DNA of 64,000 nt from the NCBI GenBank assembly GCA_965242525.1, contig OZ251459.1:2752001-2816000 (forward strand). The letters run 5' to 3'. Positions 10,701 to 19,588 of the stretch are shown piece after piece (position 1 is the first letter of the stretch; every line of letters begins with the position of its first letter). The notes under the pieces are model-generated. The model was not told the DNA's origin. It saw nothing but the letters and a program-made list of their open reading frames with translations, and made no database searches. Position numbers and translations under genes: made by a program. Origin of the DNA: an uncultured Candidatus Binatia bacterium. Lineage in GTDB: Bacteria; Desulfobacterota; Binatia; UBA9968; JAJDTQ01.

Positions 10701-13700
10701 CAGTTGAGCAGATTGATTCGCCCTTCTTTGAACCGTGTCTCGTAGTCGGCAAGCACGAGACGTTGGATCTGCGCCGAGTGTTCTTGTGCGCGAAGGAACG
10801 GTGCATAGATGGCGACGCGATCGTGAAGATCAGTCCAGAGACCCGCTTGGCGCAGACCTGCGATGACGGCATCGGTCTCGCACCAGCGCATCACCTCGTC
10901 TCGGTGGACGGGATCCAACCCGCCCGCATTGGCTGCGGGTGGGCGTGGCAGTTCGATGGGTGAAAGCAACCGGTTTGGATCGTAGGGTGACCGTCCCGCA
11001 GGTGAATACCCAAAGATCCGCCGAGTGATCGGACAGAGCCAACCCTGGTCGAGCCGCTCCACGGCTGCGTTCTTGAAATCGAGTTGAAAGACACCGCCGC
11101 CAACATCGTTGGCGGCCGTCGAGGCGATGAGGGACCAGAGAGATGCGAGTACCTCACCCGCTAGGTCCTGATCCGTCTTGTTGTCCCAATCCCCTCCAAT
11201 TAGCGCATAAATCAGACGATGTACTCGGGATGGGCGCCCGTGTCTTGGATTCGGGACAGGCCATGGCCGGCCGCCTACGGGGAGATCGGCCTGGTCGAGT
11301 CCGGGAGGATAGATGGAATTGAGATGCTGTCCTGAGCGTGGGCTTACAAACCGGATCATCCAGTCTGGCATGATCCGGGTTGCAAGCTGGGCGCGGAATA
11401 CGAAATCCACCGCGGCCAATGCGAGTCCGATCCATCCGTCGGCGTCGACTCCCACGTCATCGAGAATACGGGGTAATCGTGTGCGGGCTGTGTCTTCGAG
11501 CTTGGGGAATGACAGGCGCACGAGCCCCATCGTCTCGGCGTTGTTCTGCACCTTGGGACGTCGGAAGAGCTCACGGTAGAGGAACATTGTCGCGAGCTTG
11601 TCCGGCTCGTTGGCCATCTCGCGCCCGCCGAGTGCCCGTTCGCGCCAGACATCGGTGGCGAACTCGCGCAGCTCGGACTGCTGTGCGAATCGCTCTACCA
11701 ATTCAGTCCAGGGGATGGGTTTAGCATTGCCGGCAAGTTGCGCTTCGATATTTCGGATGTCTTCGGCGAATTCCGGATCGTTGAATTTGCGAAACTTCGC
11801 GAGCTTCCTTTCAAGGTTGGCACGGTCTGCGCCCTCTGGGCCGCGATTCTCTTGTGCGGCGTGGTAAAGGAATGCCCGTGTCAGGTTTCGTTCCGCATCC
11901 TGCTGAAGCTTTGCCGCCAATCTCGCGGTTCCCTGACGACTGTCGGAGAACGTGATCGCACGCCGCCCACCCATTGGCAGGCCAGCTTGGTCCAGCCGCT
12001 GGGCCAGAGATTCGATAAATGCCGGGACTGCTGTACCCATGAAGAAAGGCGGGCCGTACCGCTGCGGGACGAGCCTCGCGCGAGTCGATTCGGGACAGCA
12101 AGTGCGCGCCGATTCGTCCTCCTCCAGCGCAAGGCGCACCGAGCGCGCATCCTGTGGGGGCGCGTTGTCGAACACCGTCCCGTCATCGAGCTTGAGAAAG
12201 CGGTCATCGGAGTTGTTTCGTGCAGGAGACAGAACGACAGTGTCGCTCGCGATCGGGCCTTCATCCTCGATCTCTGTGTCAGGCTCGGCATCCACCGCAA
12301 AATCGTCCGTCCCGATGGTGCGTAGCGGCACGAGCCGTGCGGAGGCTCCGGCTTCGAGTCCGGCGAGTAGGTGTGGTGTGCCACATTCGTTGCAGGCGAA
12401 GAGCTCGAAGACCGGAGCGCCACACTCGCAGGTGTCGCGTTGCTTGAGCCAGACTGCGCCGAATCCCCAACCCGAACCATCGGCAGACAGTTCGGGATCT
12501 CGGTGCTGACAGGTTGTATCGACACAGACCCAGATCCCGCCTTGTGAACGGTGAAAGATGTGTGCCCGCCACGGCAGAAGCCGGGTCTTGGTCGTCGCGC
12601 ATTTCGCTCGGGCCGCCGCATCGAGCAAGGCTTGGGCTTCTGCTTTGCGTCTGACATCGGCAGAACCGAACAAGATCTTGGCCACTTCGGTGAGGGTAGC
12701 GCTCTGCTCCGATAATGCCTGTTTGAGGGTCCGAATACGTGGATGAGGCGCCAGAATCTCCCAGAGGGCAGTAGAATCGAGTTCTTCCATACCTCCCGGT
12801 TCAAGCGGTGTATCTTCCTGTGTCGGAGGCAGGTCGGGTTCCACCGTGCGCCCTTCGATCACCCGTACATGTCTCTCATCCAGACCGGCGAGGTCGGAGG
12901 TAAAACGCCTTAGCTTTCCTTCGGTTCCTTCACCCTCGCTGATCGTCGCCGAGGTTGCCATCAGCCGCACTTGGTCCGGCGCGACACCGAAGGCGGCACG
13001 TACCCGGCGGAGTAGAAGCGCCATCTCGGCTGCTTGCGCGCCGATGTAGCTATGCGCCTCGTCCAGCACGATCCAGCGCAAGAGTCCTTGCGACCGTTCC
13101 AGAATTGTGCGGTCTTGGGTACGCAAGAGCAGGTATTCCAGCATCGTGACGTTCGTAACAAGAATTGCAGGCGGGGTATCGCGGATCTCCCGCCGGTTGC
13201 CGACTTCGGCGGCGGCGAGCCTGCTGCGATCCGTCTCGCGGGGAGTCTCGGGTGTAAGACCATTGTAGAGTGCAAAGCTCATCCGGTTTTGCAACGTCTC
13301 CGTCCAGGCTGCGAGGCGCTCTCGCTGGCTCTCGATCAAGGCGTTGAGTGGATAGATCAAGATCGCGCGCACCCCAGTGAGCTTGCCCCTTGCGGAGTCG
13401 CGCAGCAGGTCATCCAGTATCGGGACCATGAAGCACTCGGTCTTGCCCGAGCCGGTGCCGGAGCTGACAAGACAGGACAGACCCTCCCGGGTTGCTTCCC
13501 AGGCGGCAAGCTGATGTGACCAAGGGCTACGGTCACGAGGCATCCGTTCCGTCCTTGCTCCATCCAGGGCTGTGACCAGATCGGGGTGCAGTAATCCCCC
13601 CGAAAGATCATCGAGACTGCAATCGGCAGATTCCCAAACGCGGGATGCCTCGAAGACCGGATCGGCCAGAAGTGAATCTTTCAGTCCCGGCTCGCTGGAA

Positions 13701-13819
13701 AGGCGACGCAACAGAGCCGCGTTCAGCGCGGGAGACGCGAGCCTGCCTCGCGCGATAACTGACGACGCCGCACGGGCGGATATACGGGAGAGCGTCTCGC
13801 CAAGATGTGAAGCGGTCAT
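7775..13819 (-). CDS. druE: Large DEAD/DEAH-box helicase with DUF1998-like Zn domain; probable Druantia type III DruE
   Basis: 2014 aa; SGTGSGKTE, YPLNALIESQ, TNVTMLEYLL, DEAH, ATSAT, FSDSRQ, QEHSAQ, STTMEMGVDI, YRQRTGRAGRR, LYDRASGGAG, CPEDCTHGCPAC; coupled to a DruH-like gene. Confidence 0.82.
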   Translation of the reverse strand: MTASHLGETLSRISARAASSVIARGRLASPALNAALLRRLSSEPGLKDSLLADPVFEASRVWESADCSLDDLSGGLLHPDLVTALDGARTERMPRDRSPWSHQLAAWEATREGLSCLVSSGTGSGKTECFMVPILDDLLRDSARGKLTGVRAILIYPLNALIESQRERLAAWTETLQNRMSFALYNGLTPETPRETDRSRLAAAEVGNRREIRDTPPAILVTNVTMLEYLLLRTQDRTILERSQGLLRWIVLDEAHSYIGAQAAEMALLLRRVRAAFGVAPDQVRLMATSATISEGEGTEGKLRRFTSDLAGLDERHVRVIEGRTVEPDLPPTQEDTPLEPGGMEELDSTALWEILAPHPRIRTLKQALSEQSATLTEVAKILFGSADVRRKAEAQALLDAAARAKCATTKTRLLPWRAHIFHRSQGGIWVCVDTTCQHRDPELSADGSGWGFGAVWLKQRDTCECGAPVFELFACNECGTPHLLAGLEAGASARLVPLRTIGTDDFAVDAEPDTEIEDEGPIASDTVVLSPARNNSDDRFLKLDDGTVFDNAPPQDARSVRLALEEDESARTCCPESTRARLVPQRYGPPFFMGTAVPAFIESLAQRLDQAGLPMGGRRAITFSDSRQGTARLAAKLQQDAERNLTRAFLYHAAQENRGPEGADRANLERKLAKFRKFNDPEFAEDIRNIEAQLAGNAKPIPWTELVERFAQQSELREFATDVWRERALGGREMANEPDKLATMFLYRELFRRPKVQNNAETMGLVRLSFPKLEDTARTRLPRILDDVGVDADGWIGLALAAVDFVFRAQLATRIMPDWMIRFVSPRSGQHLNSIYPPGLDQADLPVGGRPWPVPNPRHGRPSRVHRLIYALIGGDWDNKTDQDLAGEVLASLWSLIASTAANDVGGGVFQLDFKNAAVERLDQGWLCPITRRIFGYSPAGRSPYDPNRLLSPIELPRPPAANAGGLDPVHRDEVMRWCETDAVIAGLRQAGLWTDLHDRVAIYAPFLRAQEHSAQIQRLVLADYETRFKEGRINLLNCSTTMEMGVDIPNVQIVVNANVPPSVSNYRQRTGRAGRRREPWTFGVTFCRDLPLDQIVFDKPTRLLSAPVTAPAVRFDSARLVARHVHAALLAAFLREQPDGFDLKASAGACFGATEEADTPVASASVANDFLDALRGDWGRNDVLAANLAHLTRSTALEGKASAYLVAETAEAFERILGRWRSEYSELLARREAARETEVKKAFQMRARRMKGEFLLGELARRGFTPSYGFPVDVVAFDHLSGHHRDEAAGVIAFGEYRGGASRTLDVAIREYAPGAEIVVDGLVHRSEGVFPAWGARTDTSNLEDLQDFWECPSCRYFDLARAVPAVCPQCDTPARGWKRCLRPAGFLGRRAPHTGYENLGPAIYEMPRLSAAGSPWRALPDPEAGRIRADPDGQVITLGSGLKGKGYALCLSCGRAEAETEEGPGSQLPSQIQKHFPLAEAREMKLAHGYCPGGYTEPQRIQRNLRLVHDSRTDVFELQLPNGTRRDQGLALAAALREALAGRLGAEAREIGVAVGLSAGPSGENRVSAFLYDRASGGAGLVLRLSEQEWFNACLEQALERLSCPEDCTHGCPACVLRPDLSFEKELLDRPGGRDVVQALRDRLQLPEAMRVFGPDTTILGLPLIEWLDRRRWTGTLAAVRLYLHGSPSEWELAAWPVVEHFARLKESGIELELVIESRILVNRSMDLAQRLDLHRLATHATLGEVPDLPRANDFPIVAVVKNANGNTAIAAHDDKDAIPGLQWGRGTEVALVQGPSPDLPAPKTLASSRLVELSSGNARLIRLGIRLDGRVASFGRTFWKLLAEESPLTVAAIRTYKIQTLTYTDRYLLTPLALRLMFEVVRRMPGSEETDLFVSTARIFSPERQGWTIFHTFADDAMRHAVLQALLPNAQIDIRGKSELPHARSFALRLGDGRSITILLDQGFGAWRVQGAPKHDFSADAAKQARGLKSLDFVIGVEGGFDVPIVLEER

Positions 13820-16800
13820 GCATGAGCCTCCTTCGCAAAGAGAAGATGAAGAGCCGCGGGTAAGGCAGTGTCGAAATAGATGGGATCAACGAGGCGCAAG
13901 TTGATAAGGATCAACTTTTCCGGGACGCTCGGAGCGGCCCTTCTGCCTGCCGCCATCTCGGCGGCCACGAGAGGGGCATCGATCACCGATTGGGCGTAGG
14001 GATTGAAGCAGAGCTTCGCGGGGCGGTGGAGCGCTTCAAGACCCTGTACACCGGACGGCAAGCGGTCGAAGCGTCGAACCGCATCCTGCGCGCTTTCAGT
14101 CAGACGATCTCCGGGGTTGGGGAGCAATAGCGGCTTCAGCATTTCCTGTAGCTCGGGGGAAAGAATGAACCGGTAGAACAGATCGGCCTCCATCAGTGCC
14201 CACACAAAATGCCCGGACAACTCTGGCATGATTGTCGATATCTGACCGATCCGTTTGACGAGGCCACGATCCGCCTCGTCTTCCAATTCCTGTGCCTCGA
14301 AGAACGGTGATAGCTTTGCCAGTATGCGTTTGCGATCAGCCTGCACTGCTTCGGTAAAATCGGTTACCGGCACCGTTGGCCAGAAGATTGGAGCAGCCGT
14401 GTCCAGAGCTCGGATCTCCCACAGGTTAGAATAAGGGTGAATGCGTAAAGCCATAGAAATCGCAGCTTTCGGTACTTGGGCTAACGCCTGTACTTCATCG
14501 AGTACTCCGGCATCACCTCTCTGCCCCGCGGCCGTGATTAGATGCGATAACCGCTCCCATTCAGGATCCTCCGGGGTAGAGACCAGTCGACGCCATTCCT
14601 CCGCGTAGATCTCGATCCGTTCGTCACGGGATATTTGTGGTGTCGGACGCGGACTCCAGACGACGGCACGCTGAACCCGTCCTTCGAGACATGGTTGGAT
14701 CAGCCAAGGTCCACCTGTATCGCCAAGTAGCGAATGGAGGGAGGCAGGTGAGGACCCGGAATCGTCACGCAACCTTCCGGGGGCGCCCATATCGACTGCA
14801 TGGAACGTAAAGGTCTGGCTTTTGCACAGTTGACTTGCCAAGGTCGTTTCAGGTGTGATCGAAGCATCTCGACCAAGACCAACGCGCAAGAATCCGTCTT
14901 CGATCACTGTCCGCTCGTGATAACGTCGGACCTCTAATCGCCTGCTTTCGTCGCCGCTGACTACCAGGGACAGATTCACCTGTGCGTCGGGTCCGCCTTG
15001 AGCCAACATCGCTTCGATCAAGGGGCGATGGGCGGTAAGCGATCCTTCCCCCGCGACCGGTAGAGCAATTGCACGCCGTCCCTTTAGCTGTAGCTGGAGA
15101 TCGCCACGCGATGTTTCCGGCACGACCACCCGCCATCCATAAAGCCCCTCGACAGATATCGGCCGATTGTCGAGAAGCCGTTCCCCCTCCGGGTCAAGGA
15201 TCATACCGCTTCGAGCCGGCCAAGGAGTCTGAAGATTGAGCGCGGCGCCGGTCACCGGTTCGGACAGCCTGAGGTCGATCAGGCCCGGAGCCATACCTTG
15301 CGTTTTCAGAGACAATTTCACAGCGCCGCCGACAACGTCATCTCTTGTTTCGACTCCACCAGCCCGCATGGCGACGCGCCACTCGCTTTCGAGTCCTTCA
15401 GCTTCGAGGGTAACTTGCCCTGGACTTGCCTCTCGCAGTTCGAAATGTGTGTCTTCGGGAATTCGGAAAAGCTGAAAACTTGCCAAGGTAGCGCCTTGTC
15501 GCACCCATTCGACGATTTCGCTGAAGAGAAGCTGCCCGCGCGTTCGTTGAAGTTCGTGCTCTGGAATTCGGTATAACCCGGATGCGCCGATCTGTCCGAA
15601 GAAGACTATTTTGCCTCGGTAAAGTGGCGCGTCTCTCTCAAGACGCCATCCACGCAGGATCTTGCCAGATACCGTAAACCGTGCTTCAGGTGCTTCGTCC
15701 TCGGAGTCTGTCTCGATCCGATAGTGCCTTTTGCCAAGTTCGAGGCTGCCTTTTCCTGAGATACGCCAGAGAAACCCACCAGGCGCGATTTCAGGTTCTT
15801 CAAGCCTCAGGCCGGTATCAGTCTCGGGATCGACATCCGGAGACGTCAAGAGCCAAAGGCAAGCCGCCCGTGTCTTCCCACCACTCGACAGGGACGTCAA
15901 CCGCTGGGCTGCGGTGCCTTCGGTCCGATCTACGCTTCTCCAAAAGCTTGGCGCTTCCTCCGGAGCGGGAACTCCCGGGTCTATCACAGCCTCTCCTTTC
16001 ATCCGGCCGTCGGCGAAGGCTGTCAGTGTGAATGGTTCCTGTGGATGAAATGGAAACGGCACCCCTCCAGGTGCCCCAAAGCGGCGGAGCCGCCAGCCCC
16101 TACCCTCAGGTGCGGCACTGTAGGTGAGTCCGTCGATTGACTTTGTCCCTGTGGGCAGCAGTCGAAGTCTGAGTTCCTCGGCATCCGGGAACAACGACGC
16201 GGGCAGCCACCCGTCGTCATTGAGAGCCAAGTAACCATGCCAAGCCCCCGTTTCGTCACGCCGTAGTTCACGCTTGCACAATGGTCCCGGCACAGCAGAG
16301 GGAGATTCACGTTCGGCGCGAAGCGCGGGATGTATGAGGGTTTCGGCGATTTTCGGTGTCATGCGCAGGGGAAGGCATGATATCCAGCCGTCCCTGTGCT
16401 TGTTCAGCCAACATTCGGTCGCCGCCTCCGGCAGATCGGCGGGCAAATCCGCGCGAAGCGCAGCGAGAGAAAGTGCGAGCCCGGCCAGAAGTCGAGCGAT
16501 ATCAGGGTATTGGAAGGTTTGAGGCAGTCGCACGACCCAGCGTGCTGCGATCCGATCCGACCACGACTCTGCAGCCACCCCACCTTCAGCCTCGATCTCC
16601 TTCAGAAGTCCCAACACAACATCGCGATAGAGTCCCGGGCTGCTTAGAAGCGCCTCCGGAATTCCGCCTTCGGCCATGAGGCTGTAGAGAAACATACGGG
16701 TACCCGCATCTGATACCCGGATCTCACGGTCCCACCATGCGAGACCTTTTTCGGTAAGTTGTCTGCCAAAACCCTGATCCTCGGGGCAGTCAATGGCACT

Positions 16801-17034
16801 GAAGACAAACTCCCAGGTCAGCGGGCCACCGGAGAATTTCGCTCGTATGTGCTCGGCGGCCCAGAATACGAACCCTGCAGCCACGAAGTCTCTTCCCGAA
16901 CCAGCGCCGACGTTGGACCTCAGAGCCTCTGCCAGCTCGGCGAAGTTTTCCGGCGAACAGTCATAAGCGTGGAGAGGCCGGCCATCGGGTTCCGTCAATC
17001 CGCACTGGTTGATGATTTTGGATACCGCTTCCAT
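13816..17034 (-). CDS. druH: STY4851/ECs_5259-family protein; probable Druantia type III DruH
   Basis: 1072 aa; N-terminal GLTEPDGRPLHAY and FLYSLMAEGGIP motifs as I recall for this family; 4-bp stop/start overlap with the helicase. Confidence 0.75.
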   Translation of the reverse strand: MEAVSKIINQCGLTEPDGRPLHAYDCSPENFAELAEALRSNVGAGSGRDFVAAGFVFWAAEHIRAKFSGGPLTWEFVFSAIDCPEDQGFGRQLTEKGLAWWDREIRVSDAGTRMFLYSLMAEGGIPEALLSSPGLYRDVVLGLLKEIEAEGGVAAESWSDRIAARWVVRLPQTFQYPDIARLLAGLALSLAALRADLPADLPEAATECWLNKHRDGWISCLPLRMTPKIAETLIHPALRAERESPSAVPGPLCKRELRRDETGAWHGYLALNDDGWLPASLFPDAEELRLRLLPTGTKSIDGLTYSAAPEGRGWRLRRFGAPGGVPFPFHPQEPFTLTAFADGRMKGEAVIDPGVPAPEEAPSFWRSVDRTEGTAAQRLTSLSSGGKTRAACLWLLTSPDVDPETDTGLRLEEPEIAPGGFLWRISGKGSLELGKRHYRIETDSEDEAPEARFTVSGKILRGWRLERDAPLYRGKIVFFGQIGASGLYRIPEHELQRTRGQLLFSEIVEWVRQGATLASFQLFRIPEDTHFELREASPGQVTLEAEGLESEWRVAMRAGGVETRDDVVGGAVKLSLKTQGMAPGLIDLRLSEPVTGAALNLQTPWPARSGMILDPEGERLLDNRPISVEGLYGWRVVVPETSRGDLQLQLKGRRAIALPVAGEGSLTAHRPLIEAMLAQGGPDAQVNLSLVVSGDESRRLEVRRYHERTVIEDGFLRVGLGRDASITPETTLASQLCKSQTFTFHAVDMGAPGRLRDDSGSSPASLHSLLGDTGGPWLIQPCLEGRVQRAVVWSPRPTPQISRDERIEIYAEEWRRLVSTPEDPEWERLSHLITAAGQRGDAGVLDEVQALAQVPKAAISMALRIHPYSNLWEIRALDTAAPIFWPTVPVTDFTEAVQADRKRILAKLSPFFEAQELEDEADRGLVKRIGQISTIMPELSGHFVWALMEADLFYRFILSPELQEMLKPLLLPNPGDRLTESAQDAVRRFDRLPSGVQGLEALHRPAKLCFNPYAQSVIDAPLVAAEMAAGRRAAPSVPEKLILINLRLVDPIYFDTALPAALHLLFAKEAHA

Positions 17035-17083
17035 GTGCCGGTCACCATTCAGAAACCGTCAGTGGTTTCGGGGATTCATCTAT

Positions 17084-17192
17084 GGAAACCCTGAACAATT
17101 CCGGCTTGAACTCCATCTCCCTGTGGGAAAGCGCGTCCTTCGACTTCGCTTCGCTACGCTCAGGACGAACGGGGTAATTGTTCAGGGTTTCC
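17084..17192. mobile_element. MITE family A copy with perfect 17-bp TIRs
   Basis: GGAAACCCTGAACAATT (17084-17100) and AATTGTTCAGGGTTTCC (17176-17192) enclose the REP-like core in reverse orientation. Confidence 0.85.
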
Positions 17193-17300
17193 TTTACTCG
17201 ATTCTTCCAGGAAGATCCGTTTTGCAAATGCCTGAAGCTCGACCTTGGACCGTCGCAAGGGTGGGAAGATGGTGTAGGCTCGAAGGATTCCGGTCAACCG

Positions 17301-17528
17301 TCATCGGTCGAGATAGCTGGCCTTTGGTCCGGGTTCGGGTTCGCTGTCCTGGGGATCGGCGACCGGATGGCGATCTTCGTAGGGGAGGCCAAGCCGGTAT
17401 CCCGGTTTCCTGGCTCGCGGTAGATTGGCAAGCATTGCCTGGTTTTTCTCGAAGATCTCCTTCACGTGCGGGTTTGTTTCTAGAAGTGCATCGATGTCCA
17501 GCTTCTTCTTTGCCACTTTTACCCCCAT
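17301..17528 (-). CDS. Small hypothetical protein (75 aa)
   Basis: Plausible composition; start overlaps the 3' end of the protease gene by 10 bp. Confidence 0.55.
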   Translation of the reverse strand: MGVKVAKKKLDIDALLETNPHVKEIFEKNQAMLANLPRARKPGYRLGLPYEDRHPVADPQDSEPEPGPKASYLDR

Positions 17529-18400
17529 TTTCGCCCGTCGAAGATTTTGCGGGTTTGAACCACACTCTGAAATTGCCTCTTGGTAGAGTAGTCCAGTGCA
17601 AGCTCGTGATAATTACGGACGGCGACTCTTAACGGACGGCTTTTTCCGAAGTCATCGATATGCAGTTTCAGTTCGCGCCGGAGGCGTTGCATATTGATTC
17701 CAATCCCGTGCGAATTCCATTTACGTGTATCGTTCAGCTTGTTTGCGATTTCGTTGGCCCGTTCTTTTCTCATCTGTTCCGTCACGGGCAACTTTCGCGT
17801 TTCTGTTTCCGTCCAATTCCTGAATTTGTATCTCGCCAACCACTCCTCCAGGAGTGCTACGGACAAGTCCCGGGCCTGACCATACGCGTACAACTCGCCT
17901 TGGTCGAAACTGAGCAATATCTGCAACTCCGCCGCGCCTGCCTGGCCGCGGTTGGCTTTATCCATGAGGTCTTCGTACCTCACGAGGTATCCAAGTGCGG
18001 GTACAAGCTGCCGCCCATCTTGACTGGGGACTTGTGGATCGACAGGGCCGAGCACCGAGTAGTAATCCATCCATATCGCATTTCCGGACAAGGCAAGGAT
18101 GGTCCCGGCAGACATGGCATGACTGGGTATGAGGAAATCGACTTCGCGATAGTGATGCCTCAGGGCGTCTGAAATGCGGCGAGCATCCTCGGCAAAACCA
18201 CCGGAAGTCTCGAGCACGAAAATGAGCTTCCTGCGCCGCTTGTCAAAATTTTCCACGGCATCTCGAATCCGGTCGTCGGCGCCAAACGCAATTTGCCCGC
18301 GATAGAAGAGGCAATCCGCGCCCATCTCGGTTTCGATTTTTACGAGCAAATCGGCCAAGTGCGCCTCTATGAGGAGATTGGCGTTCGCTGGAGGCGTCAT
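17519..18400 (-). CDS. SDH-family Clp-fold serine proteinase
   Basis: Start reassigned to ATG 18400; LETSGG, AMSAGTILALSG, SVLGPVDPQ, WNSHG motifs. Confidence 0.82.
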   Translation of the reverse strand: MTPPANANLLIEAHLADLLVKIETEMGADCLFYRGQIAFGADDRIRDAVENFDKRRRKLIFVLETSGGFAEDARRISDALRHHYREVDFLIPSHAMSAGTILALSGNAIWMDYYSVLGPVDPQVPSQDGRQLVPALGYLVRYEDLMDKANRGQAGAAELQILLSFDQGELYAYGQARDLSVALLEEWLARYKFRNWTETETRKLPVTEQMRKERANEIANKLNDTRKWNSHGIGINMQRLRRELKLHIDDFGKSRPLRVAVRNYHELALDYSTKRQFQSVVQTRKIFDGRKWG

Positions 18401-18447
18401 TTTGCGACCGGTGTGGGAACAACGCGCCGGTGGTCCCGAAGCGCCAG

Positions 18448-19548
18448 CTACGCGGCCCCCCGTCTTTCCAGGATGTGGGCCATGTCCACCTTGGCGCCGG
18501 AGCGTCCGCAGGCGTCCACGAACAGGTCGATGACGTCGTCGTCCTCGTCTTCGTGCTCGATCTGCCAGCCGCCCTGGTTGAGGGGCACGTCGGACTGGAT
18601 CTTGCCCGGCGCCAGCTTGAACATGCGGCTGAGCATCTTGAGGGCGAGGTAGCGGGCGGGTTGGGGGCCGGAGTTGAAGTGCTGGTGGAACCAGCCTTCC
18701 GGAGGCACCACCAGGGAACCGGGCTTCCAGACGAACTGCCGCTTCTCCTCGCCTTCCGGCCACATGAGCGAATAGCCTTCGCCGGAAAGGATCATCACGT
18801 GGGCGCCGGGTCCGTGGCGGTGCGCCTTCTTGTACCGTCCCACCGGGAACTCCGAGACGTGCGCTCCCATGTGGCTCGCCACCAGCTCGAAGAAGACCGT
18901 GCGGCTTCCCTTGCCCCGCTCCTCCCATGCGATGGGCTCGATGTGGGCCACGTCGGGGATGAAATTGGTCTCCAGCACCCGGTCGTTGTACAGGCGCGCG
19001 TGGCCGCGGAAGTCCCGGTGGTCGTCGAAGCGGTCCCTGAAGGCGTAGGGGTTGTTCATGACGAAGTCTTCGTTGTGGAAGATGTTGTGGACCAGCGGCG
19101 CGTTGGTGACCCCCAGGAGCTTGGCCTCCCGGTCGCCCTGGCCGTTGAAGTGCTGGTAGGTGGCGTTGACGGGGATGGCGAACAGGCTTCCCTCCTGCCA
19201 CTCGAAGCTCTGGCCCTTGCCGCCGCCCTGCCACAGGGTGGTGGCGCCCCGGCCCGAGAGCACATAGACCAGCTCCTCGTACAGGTGCTTCTCCGGGTTG
19301 AGGCCCTTGCCCGGCGGGATGGACACCACGAAGGCGTCGTCCAGGTAGCCGGCCCCTTCCAGGTTGATATAGACGCCGTGGCCGCCCTTGCGGTCCCACC
19401 ACTTCATCGGCGCCTCCTTGAGGTCTTCGACGAAGTAGCCCCGGACGACGTCCACCCCCTGGGCCTCCACCCAGCGGTCGTAGGGCGTGTCCATCACTTC
19501 GGCGTTCCGGTCCACGCGCTCGAAGTTGCCGAGACTTTCGATCTTCAT
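18448..19548 (-). CDS. Bicupin domain protein (gentisate dioxygenase-like fold)
   Basis: EKHLYEELVYVLSGRG, HRHGPGAH, WFHQHFN cupin motifs. Confidence 0.8.
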   Translation of the reverse strand: MKIESLGNFERVDRNAEVMDTPYDRWVEAQGVDVVRGYFVEDLKEAPMKWWDRKGGHGVYINLEGAGYLDDAFVVSIPPGKGLNPEKHLYEELVYVLSGRGATTLWQGGGKGQSFEWQEGSLFAIPVNATYQHFNGQGDREAKLLGVTNAPLVHNIFHNEDFVMNNPYAFRDRFDDHRDFRGHARLYNDRVLETNFIPDVAHIEPIAWEERGKGSRTVFFELVASHMGAHVSEFPVGRYKKAHRHGPGAHVMILSGEGYSLMWPEGEEKRQFVWKPGSLVVPPEGWFHQHFNSGPQPARYLALKMLSRMFKLAPGKIQSDVPLNQGGWQIEHEDEDDDVIDLFVDACGRSGAKVDMAHILERRGAA

Positions 19549-19588
19549 TCCGTCCCTCCGCAGACCGGCCGCCGCCCGGCTCTTCCGC

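Noticed and set aside
17519-19402. 627-aa ORF as a fusion protein
   Set aside because: The N-terminal half is an off-frame shadow of the cupin gene; the protease starts at 18400
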